Below are positions 63,726-64,000 of a DNA stretch of 64,000 bases, piece after piece. The notes beneath the pieces are model-generated. The model saw only the letters and a list, made by a program, of their open reading frames with translations, did no database searches and had not been told where the DNA came from. A program made the translations under genes and the position numbers. The stretch's first letter is position 1. Every line of letters starts with the position of its first letter. The stretch covers positions 25,385,295-25,449,294 of the forward strand of contig NC_068989.1 in assembly GCF_001194135.2 (NCBI RefSeq), in the 5' to 3' direction. The stretch comes from Octopus bimaculoides. Taxonomy: Eukaryota.

Positions 63726-64000
63726 AACAATACAATCAAATTAACAGTGAAATCTTATAAATGCTAAGGTTACTTCAGTTACTTATGCATAAAAGCTCAT
63801 CTAAATATGATACAGGAAATTGTTTTGGGGAAACAAAAATGAAAAAGTGTATCCCTACTGCACACCTTAGCCAGTTCTTAGCTAATTCCACTAAGTAAGT
63901 AATCCTTATGCCTAGACATAGTTGTGTTGCGCATGTTAAATAATAGATTGAACACACTATCCAAAACTCTTAACCACGACTATTGTCCCGAATTACATTC

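Noticed and set aside
1-64000. CRISPR arrays, rRNA genes, prokaryotic operons or defence systems
   Set aside because: No regularly interspaced repeat-spacer pattern, rRNA-like sequence or gene-dense region; the sequence is eukaryotic repeat-rich DNA.

Overview
AT-rich eukaryotic scaffold, most likely a cephalopod (Octopus-type) genome. This is inferred from the tRNA-headed SINE families, very dense (TA)n/(TAA)n/(CA)n microsatellites and 13 N-gaps that mostly abut (TA)n tracts. No intact gene, rRNA, true tRNA or CRISPR array is visible. The window is mostly decayed mobile DNA: a ~4.8 kb Helitron (Rep + PIF1 helicase, with four N-terminal 23-aa STPR-like repeats) and two further Helitron pieces; two mariner, two maT-like and one TIR-bounded Tc1 element; five Penelope-like (PLE) fragments; a cluster of R4/Dong-clade (REL endonuclease) LINE fragments at (TAA)n tracts; RTE and CR1-like fragments; three paralogous L1/Tx1-type ORF1 units; two SINE families; and several MITE/foldback elements. 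The most interesting object is a small foldback element present twice (26783-26917, 45277-45685) with the same termini and 14/13-bp target-site duplications. Its arm carries a tRNA-like Pol III head, a (TAA)n spacer and a minimal hammerhead-ribozyme motif, with two arms arranged head-to-head. A second hammerhead motif lies at the 3' end of a PLE (6851-6920). Two phase-compatible candidate host exons (28025-28104, 52911-53053) may belong to one long-intron gene. All family assignments come from manual translation and motif recognition; no database searches were run.
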